64,000 nt of DNA from Candidatus Omnitrophota bacterium. Its GTDB lineage: Bacteria; Omnitrophota; Gorgyraeia; Zapsychrales; Zapsychraceae. A program made the position numbers and the translations under genes. Of this stretch, positions 23,193-33,200 are shown piece after piece (within the stretch, counting starts at the first letter, position 1; every line of letters starts with the position of its first letter). The notes beneath the pieces are model-generated. The model saw only the letters and a program-made list of their open reading frames with translations, was not told the origin of the DNA and ran no database searches. The stretch spans positions 64,993 through 128,992 of the forward strand of contig JANQMA010000017.1 in the NCBI GenBank assembly GCA_028280285.1, read 5' to 3'.

Positions 23193-24503
23193 ATGGCCAG
23201 CACTGATTTAATGGACAAAATCGTATCTCTCTGTAAACGCCGCGGATTTATCTTCCAATCTTCCGAAATATACGGTGGGCTCGCAAACTCCTGGGACTAC
23301 GGACCTTTGGGCGTTGAGCTGAAAAATAATGTCAAGCAAGCCTGGTGGAAACGCAATGTCCATGGCCGCGATGATATGGTCGGTTTAGACGCCGCGATCT
23401 TTATGCATCCTAATACATGGAAGGCCTCAGGTCATCTCGATACATTCAACGATATGATGGTTGATTGTAAGGATTGTAATAAACGTCTGCGTGAAGATCA
23501 TATTGAAGATAATACATGCCCGGATTGTGGAAGTAGTAACTTTACCGAAGCGCGTCCGTTTAATCTGATGCTTGATTCTTATCTCGGCCCTGTGCGTGAT
23601 GAGTCAGGTAGAACATACCTCAGACCGGAAACCGCTCAGGGTATTTTTGTGAATTTTAAAAATATATTGGATTCGACCTCGCGTAAGCTGCCATTCGGTG
23701 TGGCGCAGATCGGAAAATCATTCCGTAATGAAGTTACCGCCGGTAATTTTACCTTTCGCCAGCGTGAGTTTGAACAGATGGAGATTGAATATTTTTGCCA
23801 TCCGGATCAAGCCGATAAATTTTTTGAAGAGTGGATTGAAAATAGATTTCAGTGGTACAAAGATTTAGGTATTCGTACGGAAAATTTGCAGTTACGCAAA
23901 CATGAAGATGACGAGCTTGCCCATTATGCCAAAGGCTGCACGGATGTTGAATACAAATTTCCATTTGGTTGGTCGGAGCTTGAAGGGATCGCGCATCGCA
24001 GTGACTTTGATTTAAAGCAGCACTCACAACATTCCGGTAAAGAATTAATTTACCGTGATCCGTTCACCAATGAAGTATTTACGCCGTATGTGATCGAGCC
24101 GTCCGGCGGGGTTGATCGCGGGATGCTCGCGTTTTTGGTTGATGCTTATCATGAAGAAGAGGTCGATGGTAAGCCGCGTACGGTGTTAAAACTGCACAAG
24201 GATTTGGTGCCAACGAAAGTGGCGGTGCTGCCGCTGCTTAAGAAAAACACAGAAGTGGTTGAGTTGTGTCAAAAGATCAAGAATGATCTGATAAAAGATA
24301 TGACATGCACCTACAATGATACCGCGGCTATCGGCAAGCTTTATCGTCGTCAGGATGAGGTAGGGACATTTTATTGTGTGACGGTGGATGTCGACTCGCT
24401 TGAAGATAATCAAGTGACCGTGCGCGATAGGGACAGCATGGCGCAAGAGCGCGTTGCGCTGGATCAGTTGAAGCAGTACCTGCGTAATAAGTTTGAGGAC
24501 TAG
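23193..24503 (+). CDS. glyQS: Glycine--tRNA ligase (alpha2 dimeric class II type)
   Basis: Class II motifs and zinc-ribbon insertion (CKDCNKRLRE..CPDCG); FRNE, GIAHRSDFDL, ERVALDQ regions characteristic of GlyQS. Confidence 0.85.
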   Translation: MASTDLMDKIVSLCKRRGFIFQSSEIYGGLANSWDYGPLGVELKNNVKQAWWKRNVHGRDDMVGLDAAIFMHPNTWKASGHLDTFNDMMVDCKDCNKRLREDHIEDNTCPDCGSSNFTEARPFNLMLDSYLGPVRDESGRTYLRPETAQGIFVNFKNILDSTSRKLPFGVAQIGKSFRNEVTAGNFTFRQREFEQMEIEYFCHPDQADKFFEEWIENRFQWYKDLGIRTENLQLRKHEDDELAHYAKGCTDVEYKFPFGWSELEGIAHRSDFDLKQHSQHSGKELIYRDPFTNEVFTPYVIEPSGGVDRGMLAFLVDAYHEEEVDGKPRTVLKLHKDLVPTKVAVLPLLKKNTEVVELCQKIKNDLIKDMTCTYNDTAAIGKLYRRQDEVGTFYCVTVDVDSLEDNQVTVRDRDSMAQERVALDQLKQYLRNKFED

Positions 24504-24530
24504 TGATCGGTGATCAGTGGTCAGTGATCG
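24501..24530. repeat. GTGATC-word repeat arm (left) flanking the four-helix-bundle gene
   Basis: TAGTGATCGGTGATCAGTGGTCAGTGATCG; reverse-complementary to the arm at 24956..25005. Confidence 0.55.
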
Positions 24531-24580
24531 TAAACCAGGTAAAGTAATAATCTATCCCCCAAAAAGAAAGAGGGGGATAA

Positions 24581-24958
24581 ATGCAAATACGTAATTTTCA
24601 AGATTTAGCTATTTGGCAACGGAGTCATCAATTGACTCTAAAAGTTTACAAACTTACCAAGCATCTTCCTGAAGATGAGCGGTATGGAATTACAAATCAG
24701 GTGAGAAGATCATCTGTATCAATCTGTGCGAATATATCTGAAGGTTGCAGCAAGGGAACAAAAGAATTTATCAGATATTTAAATATAGCACGGGGCTCTT
24801 TAGAAGAAACAAAACATTATTTCATATTAATGAAAGATCTTGGTTATTGTTCTGTCGAGCAGTATCAGGTTTTGTTTAGTGAATTAGACCAAATTGGAAA
24901 AATGATTTACGGTCTTAAAATGCGTTTGGTGGAAAAATCCAAAACACTTAAATACTGA
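24581..24958 (+). CDS. Four-helix-bundle protein (TIGR02436 / 23S rRNA intervening-sequence protein family)
   Basis: AIWQRSHQLTLKVYKLTKHLPEDERYGITNQVRRSSVSICANISEG..ARGSLEETKHY matches the family signature; RBS enclosed in ATCCCCC..GGGGGAT hairpin 24553-24577. Confidence 0.7.
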   Translation: MQIRNFQDLAIWQRSHQLTLKVYKLTKHLPEDERYGITNQVRRSSVSICANISEGCSKGTKEFIRYLNIARGSLEETKHYFILMKDLGYCSVEQYQVLFSELDQIGKMIYGLKMRLVEKSKTLKY

Positions 24959-25005
24959 TTCACTGATCACTTTCTGATCACTGATTACTGATCACTGACC
25001 ACTAT
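24956..25005. repeat. GTGATC-word repeat arm (right), inverted relative to 24501..24530
   Basis: TGATTCACTGATCACTTTCTGATCACTGATTACTGATCACTGACCAC. Confidence 0.55.
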
Positions 25006-25029
25006 TTAACAAAACGACAGGAGACCAAT

Positions 25030-27789
25030 ATGGCAAAGAAGTTAGTTTATTCATTCGGCGGTGGTAAAGCTGAAGGCAACGCAACGATGCGTAATCTCTT
25101 AGGAGGCAAGGGCGCTAATCTCGCCGAGATGGCAGGACATAAGAATCTTAAGTTACCGGTACCTCCGGGTTTTACTATTACAACGGATGTTTGTACGCTG
25201 TACTACGCAAACAAGAAAAAATATCCGAAAGAGCTTAAAGCGCAGGTGGAAGCGGCGGTTAAAAAAGCGGAAAAGCTGACCGGCAAAAAATTCGGCGATG
25301 TGAATAATCCACTTCTCGTGTCTATCCGCTCAGGCGCGCGTGCATCTATGCCGGGGATGATGGAAACAATTTTGAATGTCGGTCTAACGGAAAAGACACT
25401 CAAAGGTTTGGCCGCCAAAACAGGCAGCGAGCGTTTTGCGTATGATGCGTATCGACGACTCATTACGATGTATGCCGATGTTGTTATGGAAAAGTCTGCC
25501 GGGATCGAACCGGAAGAAGGTCAAGGCATCCGTAAGCAATTAGACGAAATCCTCGAGGAGACTAAACAGGTTAAAGGGGTCGAAGATGATTCAGACCTTG
25601 ATGTTGAGACGCTTAAAGATTTAATCGCGATCTACAAAGCGAAAATCAAAGATGTGTTAGGTAAACCTTTTCCGGATGATGCCGAAAAGCAGCTGTGGGG
25701 AGGCATTACAGCCGTATTTAATTCATGGAATGGGAAGCGCGCGATTGCTTATCGCGCAATCGAAGGCATTCCGGGTGAATGGGGCACAGCGGTTAATGTT
25801 CAGGTTATGGCCTTTGGTAATTTAGGCGATACATCCTCAACCGGTGTTGCGTTTACACGTAATCCCGGTAATGGCGAAAATAAATTCTACGGCGAGTATT
25901 TGGTTAACGCGCAAGGGGAAGACGTTGTGGCCGGTATTCGTACACCCGCACCGATTAATAAGTATTCCCAATCGGATAATAACAAGCATTTGCTTACTTT
26001 GGAGAAAGAAAATCCAAAAGTGTACAAAGAGCTTGTCGCGATCCAAAAGCGTTTGGAAAAACATTACAAAGATATGCAGGATATCGAGTTTACTGTCGAG
26101 GACGGTACGCTTTATATGCTTCAGTGCCGCAACGGTAAACGTAACGGTCCGGCGGCGGTGCGTATGGCGGTTGATATGGTCCGTGAGAAATTAATCACTA
26201 AAGAAGAAGCGGTTAACCGCGTTACTCCTTCTCAATTAGATGAACTACTTCATCCGATCATCGATCCAAAGCAAGAGGCTGCAGCCTATACATTGGCTAA
26301 AGGTTTGCCGGCAGGTCCAGGTGGAGCTTGCGGTAAGATTGTTTTTACCTCTGATGATGCGGTAGCCTGGCATAAAAAAGGTGAAAAAGTAATCCTTGTG
26401 CGTGAAGAGACTAACCCCGAAGATGTTGAAGGGATGCGCGCCGCTGAAGCGATCTTAACCGCGCGTGGCGGTATGACATCGCACGCAGCGCTTGTTGCCC
26501 GCGGATGGGGTAAATGTTGCATCGTCGGTTGTTCCGACATCGATGTTGATGTGGACGGTAAGAAAATGAAAGTCGGTGGATCGACGTATAAAGAAGGCGA
26601 CACGATCACACTAAATGGGACTAAAGGAACATTTTACGAAGGCGCGCTTGATATGATCGACGGCTCTTCGGAGAATAAGTACTTTAACGAGTTTCTTAAA
26701 ATGTGTGACTCTATACGCACGCTTAAAATCCGCACCAACGGCGAGACACCGGAAGACGCGCAAAAAGCACGTCAATTTGGGGCCGAAGGTATCGGGCTTT
26801 TCCGTACAGAGCATATGTTCTACGGTAAAAACTCCGAAGAGCCGCTTTTTAAAATGCGTAAGATGATTATGTCGAAAGACGAATCAGAAAGGCGCGCAGC
26901 GCTTGATGAGCTTTATCCACATGTGAAGTCGGATATTAAGGCAACGTTAGATGCCATGGCGGGGTTTCCGGTAACGATTCGTCTTTTGGATCCGCCTTTG
27001 CATGAGTTTGTTCCAACGAAAAAAGATGCCATTGATTCGTTGGCTAACAGCTTGGGTATTGATATTCCGGCACTTGAAAAACGCATGGCAGGCCTCCACG
27101 AGGTCAACCCAATGATGGGGCATCGCGGTGTGCGCTTGGGAATCACCTTTCCGGAGGTCACCGAGACCCAAGTCCGTGCGATTTTCGAGGCCACGGTTGA
27201 ATTGATCCAAGCGGGTAAGAAAATTAATCCAGAGATCATGGTGCCGGTTGTCGGGGCGGTGAAAGAGCTTGAGGAAACCAAGAAAATAGTAAATCGGGTT
27301 TACGATGAAGTTAAAAAGAAGTATAATGTGAAAAAAATTCCTTATATGTTTGGGACGATGATCGAAATTCCGCGCGCGGCGCTGACAGCCGATCAATTGG
27401 CCGAATCGGCGGAATTCTTTTCGTTTGGTACAAATGATTTAACACAAATGAGTTTTGGTTTTTCAAGGGATGATATCGGTGGCTTTCTGCCGGAATACCT
27501 TGAAAGTGACATATTGTCAGACGATCCATTCCAAAGCATCGATCAAACCGGTGTTGGGGAATTGATCGACATTGGCGTTACGCGCGGCCGTAAGACGCGC
27601 CAAAAGCTTAAAGTCGGTATTTGCGGTGAGCATGGAGGGGATCCGGCATCGATTGAATTCTGCCAAAAAGTTGGCATGGATTATGTGAGTTGCTCGCCAT
27701 TCCGTGTTCCGATTGCAAGGCTTGCGGCAGCCCAGTCGGCTGTAAGGGCCAAGGCGCAGGCGAAACCGCGTAGAAAAGCGAAGAAGTAG
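25030..27789 (+). CDS. ppdK: Pyruvate, phosphate dikinase
   Basis: Full-length 919 aa; N-terminal ATP-grasp region (GGKGANLAEM), phospho-His domain (GGMTSHAALVARGWGKCCIVG), C-terminal PEP-utilizing domain (CGE..GDP). Confidence 0.9.
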   Translation: MAKKLVYSFGGGKAEGNATMRNLLGGKGANLAEMAGHKNLKLPVPPGFTITTDVCTLYYANKKKYPKELKAQVEAAVKKAEKLTGKKFGDVNNPLLVSIRSGARASMPGMMETILNVGLTEKTLKGLAAKTGSERFAYDAYRRLITMYADVVMEKSAGIEPEEGQGIRKQLDEILEETKQVKGVEDDSDLDVETLKDLIAIYKAKIKDVLGKPFPDDAEKQLWGGITAVFNSWNGKRAIAYRAIEGIPGEWGTAVNVQVMAFGNLGDTSSTGVAFTRNPGNGENKFYGEYLVNAQGEDVVAGIRTPAPINKYSQSDNNKHLLTLEKENPKVYKELVAIQKRLEKHYKDMQDIEFTVEDGTLYMLQCRNGKRNGPAAVRMAVDMVREKLITKEEAVNRVTPSQLDELLHPIIDPKQEAAAYTLAKGLPAGPGGACGKIVFTSDDAVAWHKKGEKVILVREETNPEDVEGMRAAEAILTARGGMTSHAALVARGWGKCCIVGCSDIDVDVDGKKMKVGGSTYKEGDTITLNGTKGTFYEGALDMIDGSSENKYFNEFLKMCDSIRTLKIRTNGETPEDAQKARQFGAEGIGLFRTEHMFYGKNSEEPLFKMRKMIMSKDESERRAALDELYPHVKSDIKATLDAMAGFPVTIRLLDPPLHEFVPTKKDAIDSLANSLGIDIPALEKRMAGLHEVNPMMGHRGVRLGITFPEVTETQVRAIFEATVELIQAGKKINPEIMVPVVGAVKELEETKKIVNRVYDEVKKKYNVKKIPYMFGTMIEIPRAALTADQLAESAEFFSFGTNDLTQMSFGFSRDDIGGFLPEYLESDILSDDPFQSIDQTGVGELIDIGVTRGRKTRQKLKVGICGEHGGDPASIEFCQKVGMDYVSCSPFRVPIARLAAAQSAVRAKAQAKPRRKAKK

Positions 27790-27810
27790 GAGTAATAGAA
27801 AATTGATAAT

Positions 27811-27867
27811 GGTGGTCAGAGTTCAGTGATCGTAGCCCATGATTTCTGACCACTGATCACTGATCAC
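27811..27867. repeat. Self-complementary GTGATC/GTGGTC-word hairpin repeat
   Basis: GGTGGTCAGAGTTCAGTGATCG ... CTGACCACTGATCACTGATCAC. Confidence 0.6.
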
Positions 27868-27874
27868 TAAATAT

Positions 27875-28708
27875 ATGACCGATCCCATCAAGGCCTACCT
27901 CAAAGACGTTCGCCCGATTCCGCTTTTAACGGCGGAGGAAGAAATCGAGCTTGCCAAGCGTATTAAAAAGGGCGACAAAAAAGCGCGCGATAAAATGATC
28001 CGTGCTAACTTGCGTCTTGTTATCAGCATTGCCAAACGCTACACCAATCTAGGTGTTCCTCTGGCGGATTTGATCGAAGAGGGCAATATCGGCCTTATGA
28101 AAAGTGTCGAGAAATTTGATCCGGATAAAGGATTTCGTTTCTCAACCTACGGCGCTTGGTGGATTAAGCAGGGTATATCACGCGCTATCATTGATCAGGG
28201 TAAAATGATCCGTGTGCCCGTTTATATGAATGAGGAAATCTCCAAATATAAAAAGGCCATGGAGCAGTTAACGCACAAATTAAACCGCAAGCCGCGTTTA
28301 GCCGAGATTGCCAAAAAGCTTAAAATCACAATCGAACGGGTACGCGAGCTTGAAGGCGCGATTACAAAAATGTCAAGTCTTGATGCGCCGATTGGGGATG
28401 GCGGCGACGGGCAGGTTATGGATATTATTCAAGATGAAAACGCCACATCACCGGATGAAGAGCTGGAACTCGATTTTAATAAAGAACGTGCCACTGGATT
28501 TCTTGACTTATTAAGCGAACGCGAACAAAAGATTTTAGAGATGAGGTATGGCTTGAAAGATGGAGAAACACGCACATTGGCTGACATTGCCAAAGAGCTT
28601 GGTGTTTCCCGTGAGCGTGTACGCCAGATTGAGGCGGCGACGATCAAAAAGATTCGACAGATCATTGAGCAGCAAGATCAGGAAAAAGAGCAAGAGCAAG
28701 ATAAATAG
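27875..28708 (+). CDS. RNA polymerase sigma factor, sigma-70 family (compact RpoD/SigA-like, no region 1.1)
   Basis: Regions 2 ([35 protein letters not shown]), 3 and 4 ([21 protein letters not shown]) present. Confidence 0.8.
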   Translation: MTDPIKAYLKDVRPIPLLTAEEEIELAKRIKKGDKKARDKMIRANLRLVISIAKRYTNLGVPLADLIEEGNIGLMKSVEKFDPDKGFRFSTYGAWWIKQGISRAIIDQGKMIRVPVYMNEEISKYKKAMEQLTHKLNRKPRLAEIAKKLKITIERVRELEGAITKMSSLDAPIGDGGDGQVMDIIQDENATSPDEELELDFNKERATGFLDLLSEREQKILEMRYGLKDGETRTLADIAKELGVSRERVRQIEAATIKKIRQIIEQQDQEKEQEQDK

Positions 28709-28715
28709 ATATTAA

Positions 28716-28770
28716 GTGGTCTGTGCTCTGTGGTCTGTGATCAGACCACGGACCACGGGCCACGGACCAC
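28716..28770. repeat. Dyad repeat of GTGGTCTGTG / CACGGACCAC words
   Basis: GTGGTCTGTGCTCTGTGGTCTGTGATCAGACCACGGACCACGGGCCACGGACCAC. Confidence 0.6.
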
Positions 28771-28776
28771 ACTAAA

Positions 28777-29631
28777 ATGCCCCGCAAAAGAAAACCAACA
28801 TTTGTCCTCGTTATTCCCCGTTTTGAAGATATTTTTCATTCTTATTATGCCACGGAAGTTATACGGGGGGTCAGTTTAACGGCAAGCCGGATTAATGCCG
28901 ACTTTTTGATTCATATTGTCGACCGCACAACGCACCGTGGATGGCTTGATTCAACACTGCTCGATAAAAACTATATTGACGGGATTTTGTTTGCTGATAT
29001 TGATAATGATTTGAAGGTTGTGAAGCGTGCTATCCGTGTCGGTGTGCCGTGTATGGTGCTTAACAATATCATTGATGAGCCGATTAATTATATTGCGGTA
29101 GATAATAAAAAAGCTGCGTTTAAATCGGTTGAGCATTTGATTACTCAGGGCCACACGCGTATTGCAACCGTTGCTGGGGACGTTTCAACACAGGCTGGGC
29201 TTATGCGTCTGGAAGGCTATCGCGAAGCATTGGAGGGCCATGATATCGCTGCGCCGCGTAACTATGTTAGTTTTGGTGATTTTTTAAGAACGCCGGCGCG
29301 CTCGGCGGCTAAAAAGCTTTTGCGTTTGCGCAATCGTCCAACGGCTATTTTTGCCGCATCTGATGTGATGGCCCTTGAGGTGATGGATGTTGCACGGGAG
29401 TTAATGATTAAGGTTCCGCAAGAACTCTCTATTGTCGGGTTTGACGATAATCCCATGACGCATGGCGCCAGTGTTGAACTAACAACCGTATCGCAGCCGA
29501 TTGCAGAGATGGGCCGCTTAGGCGCTGAGAAGATATTTCAAATAAGCCGCGGCAAAGAGGCGCTTCCAGTTAAAATGACATTGCCTACTAAGTTGATTAA
29601 ACGACAGTCTGTTGGAAAGGCGAAGAAATAA
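28777..29631 (+). CDS. LacI-type periplasmic-binding-fold ligand-binding domain protein lacking the N-terminal HTH
   Basis: IAAPRNYVSFGDF, AIFAASDVMALEVM, LSIVGFDDNPMT match the LacI/GalR sugar-binding core; no DNA-binding helix-turn-helix at N-terminus. Confidence 0.55.
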   Translation: MPRKRKPTFVLVIPRFEDIFHSYYATEVIRGVSLTASRINADFLIHIVDRTTHRGWLDSTLLDKNYIDGILFADIDNDLKVVKRAIRVGVPCMVLNNIIDEPINYIAVDNKKAAFKSVEHLITQGHTRIATVAGDVSTQAGLMRLEGYREALEGHDIAAPRNYVSFGDFLRTPARSAAKKLLRLRNRPTAIFAASDVMALEVMDVARELMIKVPQELSIVGFDDNPMTHGASVELTTVSQPIAEMGRLGAEKIFQISRGKEALPVKMTLPTKLIKRQSVGKAKK

Positions 29632-29632
29632 C

Positions 29633-29791
29633 AGAGTGATAGAGTGATAGTAGTGATAAAGTGGTAGTAATGATAGTTAGAGTTAAGTATAAGATTCAAG
29701 TTGTTTAAGCATTTTTTGTTTGTTTTATTTTTTCTTTAAAATATCACTTTACCACTCTATCACTAACGATCGCTTTACTTATCATTACCAC
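29633..29791. repeat. Long (~160 nt) imperfect hairpin repeat built of GAGTGATAG / CTATCACTC words with AT-rich loop
   Basis: Left arm GAGTGATAGAGTGATAGTAGTGATAAAGTGGTAGTAATGATAG; right arm ATCACTTTACCACTCTATCACT..CTTATCATTACCAC. Confidence 0.6.
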
Positions 29792-29808
29792 TTTTATAGG
29801 AGTTTATC

Positions 29809-30342
29809 ATGAATACAACAATCACTCCAGATTCACTCAAACAGTACATAAGAGATATTCCTGATTTTCCTAAAGAGGGCATTATTTTTAAAGATATTAC
29901 GACATTGCTTGGCAATGGCGAGGCCTTTAAGATATCTATTGATGCGCTGACAGAACAGTATAAAGATCAAAGCATTGATTATGTTGTTGGTGTCGAGGCA
30001 CGCGGCTTTTTGTTTGGGGCGGTCATCGCTTATCAATTAGGTGTTGGTTTTGTGCCGGTGCGCAAGAAGGGAAAACTTCCTTACAAGACACAAAGTGTAA
30101 CCTATGATCTTGAGTATGGGACAGATACAGTAGAAGTCCATGAAGATGGGGTGGAAGCCGGTTCGCGTGTGCTGATCGTTGATGACTTGCTTGCTACAGG
30201 CGGCACTATCAAAGCGGTGGCCGATTTGGTTAGCAAACAAAAGGCCGAGATTGTCAGTCTCGCTTTTCTTGTCGAGCTTACCTTTTTGAACGGTAGAGAT
30301 AAACTTGAGGGTTACGATGTTTATTCGGTTATTCAGTATTAA
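29809..30342 (+). CDS. apt: Adenine phosphoribosyltransferase
   Basis: PRPP-binding motif VLIVDDLLATGGT and APRT N-terminal region (DFPKEGIIFKDIT). Confidence 0.85.
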   Translation: MNTTITPDSLKQYIRDIPDFPKEGIIFKDITTLLGNGEAFKISIDALTEQYKDQSIDYVVGVEARGFLFGAVIAYQLGVGFVPVRKKGKLPYKTQSVTYDLEYGTDTVEVHEDGVEAGSRVLIVDDLLATGGTIKAVADLVSKQKAEIVSLAFLVELTFLNGRDKLEGYDVYSVIQY

Positions 30343-30364
30343 TTATTTTAGGCGTTAATAAATA

Positions 30365-30415
30365 GACGGACTCTGTTTTATGCAACAGTTCATAAAATGG
30401 AGTCCGTTTTTATTT
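30365..30415 (+). terminator. Putative intrinsic terminator after apt
   Basis: Stem ACGGACTC/GAGTCCGT followed by TTTTTATTT; long (26 nt) loop lowers confidence. Confidence 0.45.
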
Positions 30416-30417
30416 CA

Positions 30418-32874
30418 ATGAACAAATTCTTCTACTCCCCAACCAAAAAACAGTCGCTTCTATGTATCGGCATTGTTTTAACAGCTGTTTTTATTTCTTT
30501 TTCCCCGGTATTAAAAGCCGATTTTCTACACTTTAACGATTACACGAATGTTGTTACCAACAATCAAATCCGTTCACTCAGTCTGCAAAACATCAAATCG
30601 ATTTTCCAATCAAAGATCGAAGATATTTATGTGCCGCTGACGGTGCTAACCTGGGCTGTTGAGTACCGGTTTTTTAAACTCAATCCTTTTGTATATCATT
30701 TAAATAATCTGCTTTTGCATTTGGGTGTTGTGGTGCTCATTTATTTGATGGCGCGCAAGTTTGGCCTGTCGATTATTGCGGCGAGTGTCGCCGGGCTTTT
30801 GTTCGGTATTCACCCGGCCCATGTCGAATCGGTGGCCTGGGTCACCGAGCGCAAAGATGTGCTTTATGCGTTTCTCTATGTTGGGGCGCTGTATGCCTAC
30901 ATGTTTTACGTTCAACAGTGTTTGCCCGGTGTCAAACGTCCGGTTAAATCTTATCGGTATTTGATTATTACCACAGTCTTAGGGGCATTAAGCATTTTGG
31001 CTAAACCGATGGCGCTTAGTTTGCCGGTTATTTTGCTTTTGTTTGATTGGTTTAAGGGAAGGCAGCTTTCTTGGGCAGCGATCTTTGAAAAGTTTCCGCT
31101 GATGCTGATTATGGGGGCGGTTACTTGGCTTTCCGATGTGCCCTTTATGCTTAACCGCTGGCGTGGTATGGAAAGTCTTTTGGTTGGGGCATGGTCGGGC
31201 ATTTTTTATATTAAACAATTTATTATGCCGCTTGTTTTGATGCCGATTTACCGTGTGCCGCAACCGGTTGATTTGACTAATACGGAGTATGTGTTTTCGT
31301 GTGTTGTGTTTGTGGTGTTGATCGGGGCATTTATTTATTTCCGTCGGTATAAGTGGTTTGTCTTTGCCATTCTTTATTATCTGTTTTCTATTTTCTTTTT
31401 GCTGCGTGTTAGTGCAGATACTCAAATTAATCTGGTGGCTGACCGATTTATGTATTTGCCGAGTCTCGGTATTTGTCTTCTTTTAAGTTATGCGTTTGAC
31501 CGGCTGATCAACCGTGGGCGGGCATCAACTAATCAATTTGTGCAATTACTTCCGGTTATCTGTATTGCTGTTTTATTTATGCTTCTTGGCATTAAAACGT
31601 TTAAGCAGGCATCTGTCTGGCAGAATGATCAAACGCTGTGGACACATCAGCTTAAAAATAATCCGCAAGAGTACGTTGCCCTGACGCATTTGGCGACATC
31701 CTTGATTGATGATAAAGAATATAGAGAGGCGATTAAACGGCATCGTGAGATCAGGGCGCTTAAACTTTCTTCCGAACAGATAGGAGAGCTTGAAGGTGTG
31801 CATGATATGTTTAAGAAGGTCGACTATATTGAAAGCCTTTTTAAGCGCTCCATTAAAATTAATCCCGAGCAGCCGGAGAGCCATTACAATTTAGGATACT
31901 TTTATGAACTTTTAGGGGTTGTGGATAAAGCGCTTCTTCACTATTCATTGGCGGCAACGCTTAATCCACAGTATTCCGATCTTTATTTGCGTATTGGTGT
32001 TGCCCATATGCTTCTTAATCAGCCTGAAAAGGCTGTGGCGTCTTTTGAAAAACTATTGTCGCAAAATACCGACGATGCTTTTTATATTAAAGTTATTTTG
32101 GCCTATAAAGGTGCAGTTGAGACGGGAAGCAAAGAAAGTATTGCCGTGTATATTCCGGCTCTAAAATCGACGTTGAACCGTTATGTTGCCCTTGTTAACA
32201 GCGGGGGTAAAATCAATGAACAAAGATATTATAATTTAGGTTCTATTTATGGGGTGTTGAGTAACTTTGAGGAGGCCCTCAGGGCTTACAGTATGGTCTT
32301 GGAAGCCAACCCGCAAAATATTGAGGCCTATTTTCATTCCGGTATTTCCTTGCGTCATTTAGGAAGATTTAATGAGGCAATAGAAATGTATGATCAAGCG
32401 CTTAAGATTGATTACCGGCGGGTTGATATTTTGCTCGAAAAAGCGCTACTTCTTTCGAAAATGAAAAGAAGAGAAGAGGCCATTGCCGTCTATGAGGATT
32501 TAATTAAAATTGATTCTGATCAGGCAACGGCGCTGTTTAATCTCGGGTTTTTGTATGAACAAATGGAAGAAATTGTCAAGGCGAAGGGTTTGTATGAAAA
32601 GGCGGTTAAACTGGATTCGTCTAATGCAGATCTTCATTATAATTTAGGTAATATTTATGCGCAAATCGGGAATATTGACAAAGCAAAGGTGCAATATTTA
32701 AAGGCGACGGCAATCAACCCCGGTTATGAAAATGCCTGGGTCAACTTAACGGTGTTGACGTTTCAAGAAGGTAATGTTGAAAAGGCGTATGAGTATTATA
32801 AGCAAGCGCAGGTGTTTGGGTATCTTGCACCGGAAGCGATGCGTGGGGTGTTTGAAAATTTTAAGAATAAATAA
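30418..32874 (+). CDS. Polytopic membrane protein with C-terminal tetratricopeptide repeats (TMTC/PMT-like glycosyltransferase family 39-like architecture)
   Basis: ~11 predicted TM helices in first 400 aa then >=8 TPR units (e.g. YNLGYFYELLG, YNLGNIYAQIG); ORF-track start 30397 lies in the terminator so ATG 30418 preferred. Confidence 0.65.
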   Translation: MNKFFYSPTKKQSLLCIGIVLTAVFISFSPVLKADFLHFNDYTNVVTNNQIRSLSLQNIKSIFQSKIEDIYVPLTVLTWAVEYRFFKLNPFVYHLNNLLLHLGVVVLIYLMARKFGLSIIAASVAGLLFGIHPAHVESVAWVTERKDVLYAFLYVGALYAYMFYVQQCLPGVKRPVKSYRYLIITTVLGALSILAKPMALSLPVILLLFDWFKGRQLSWAAIFEKFPLMLIMGAVTWLSDVPFMLNRWRGMESLLVGAWSGIFYIKQFIMPLVLMPIYRVPQPVDLTNTEYVFSCVVFVVLIGAFIYFRRYKWFVFAILYYLFSIFFLLRVSADTQINLVADRFMYLPSLGICLLLSYAFDRLINRGRASTNQFVQLLPVICIAVLFMLLGIKTFKQASVWQNDQTLWTHQLKNNPQEYVALTHLATSLIDDKEYREAIKRHREIRALKLSSEQIGELEGVHDMFKKVDYIESLFKRSIKINPEQPESHYNLGYFYELLGVVDKALLHYSLAATLNPQYSDLYLRIGVAHMLLNQPEKAVASFEKLLSQNTDDAFYIKVILAYKGAVETGSKESIAVYIPALKSTLNRYVALVNSGGKINEQRYYNLGSIYGVLSNFEEALRAYSMVLEANPQNIEAYFHSGISLRHLGRFNEAIEMYDQALKIDYRRVDILLEKALLLSKMKRREEAIAVYEDLIKIDSDQATALFNLGFLYEQMEEIVKAKGLYEKAVKLDSSNADLHYNLGNIYAQIGNIDKAKVQYLKATAINPGYENAWVNLTVLTFQEGNVEKAYEYYKQAQVFGYLAPEAMRGVFENFKNK

Positions 32875-33018
32875 ATGTCCTGCTTCGTTCAATACTGCGT
32901 TCGTCAAAATTTAAATGTTTACACGTTTAAATTTTGTCGTACTCGTGTTGAACTCCGCAGGTAAATTCGCTCTAACAGCTTACGTTGCTGTCGCTTCCGT
33001 AAGTTGTAGGCTCATTTA

Positions 33019-33092
33019 GTCCCTGTAGCTCAGATGGATAGAGCGCGGCCCTCCTAAGGCCGGCGTCGCCCGTTCGACTCGGGCCAGGGACA
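33019..33092 (+). tRNA. tRNA-Arg (anticodon CCT)
   Basis: Acceptor GTCCCTG/CAGGGAC, D-arm GCTCAGATGGATAGAGC, anticodon stem-loop CGGCC-CTCCTAA-GGCCG, T-arm GCCCGTTCGACTCGGGC, discriminator A; CCA not encoded. Confidence 0.85.
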
Positions 33093-33099
33093 TTATTTT

Positions 33100-33182
33100 G
33101 GTGTTCGGTGTTCAGAGTTCGGTGTTCTGTCAGAACACTGAACACAATTAATTACTTTACTCATCTAGAACACAGAACACTC
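33100..33182. repeat. Dyad repeat of GGTGTTCGGTG / GAACACAGAACAC words immediately 3' of the tRNA
   Basis: GGTGTTCGGTGTTCAGAGTTCGGTGTTCTGTCAGAACACTGAACAC ... GAACACAGAACACTC. Confidence 0.6.
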
Positions 33183-33200
33183 AATAATCATGGAGCATGG

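Noticed and set aside
25203-27853. Antisense ORFs within ppdK (e.g. 26286..26609, 26947..27396)
   Set aside because: ppdK is full length and conserved on the + strand; antisense frames are shadow ORFs.
30397-30417. ORF-track start of the TPR membrane protein at 30397
   Set aside because: ATGGAGTCCGTTTTTAT is the 3' arm and U-tract of the apt terminator; the next in-frame ATG (30418) gives MNKFFYS.. with a normal membrane N-terminus.
33108-33200. ORF-track start of SDR gene at 33108 overlapping tRNA-Arg and a dyad repeat
   Set aside because: Coding through a tRNA and hairpin repeat is implausible; SDR homology (TGASSGIG) begins right after ATG 33201.
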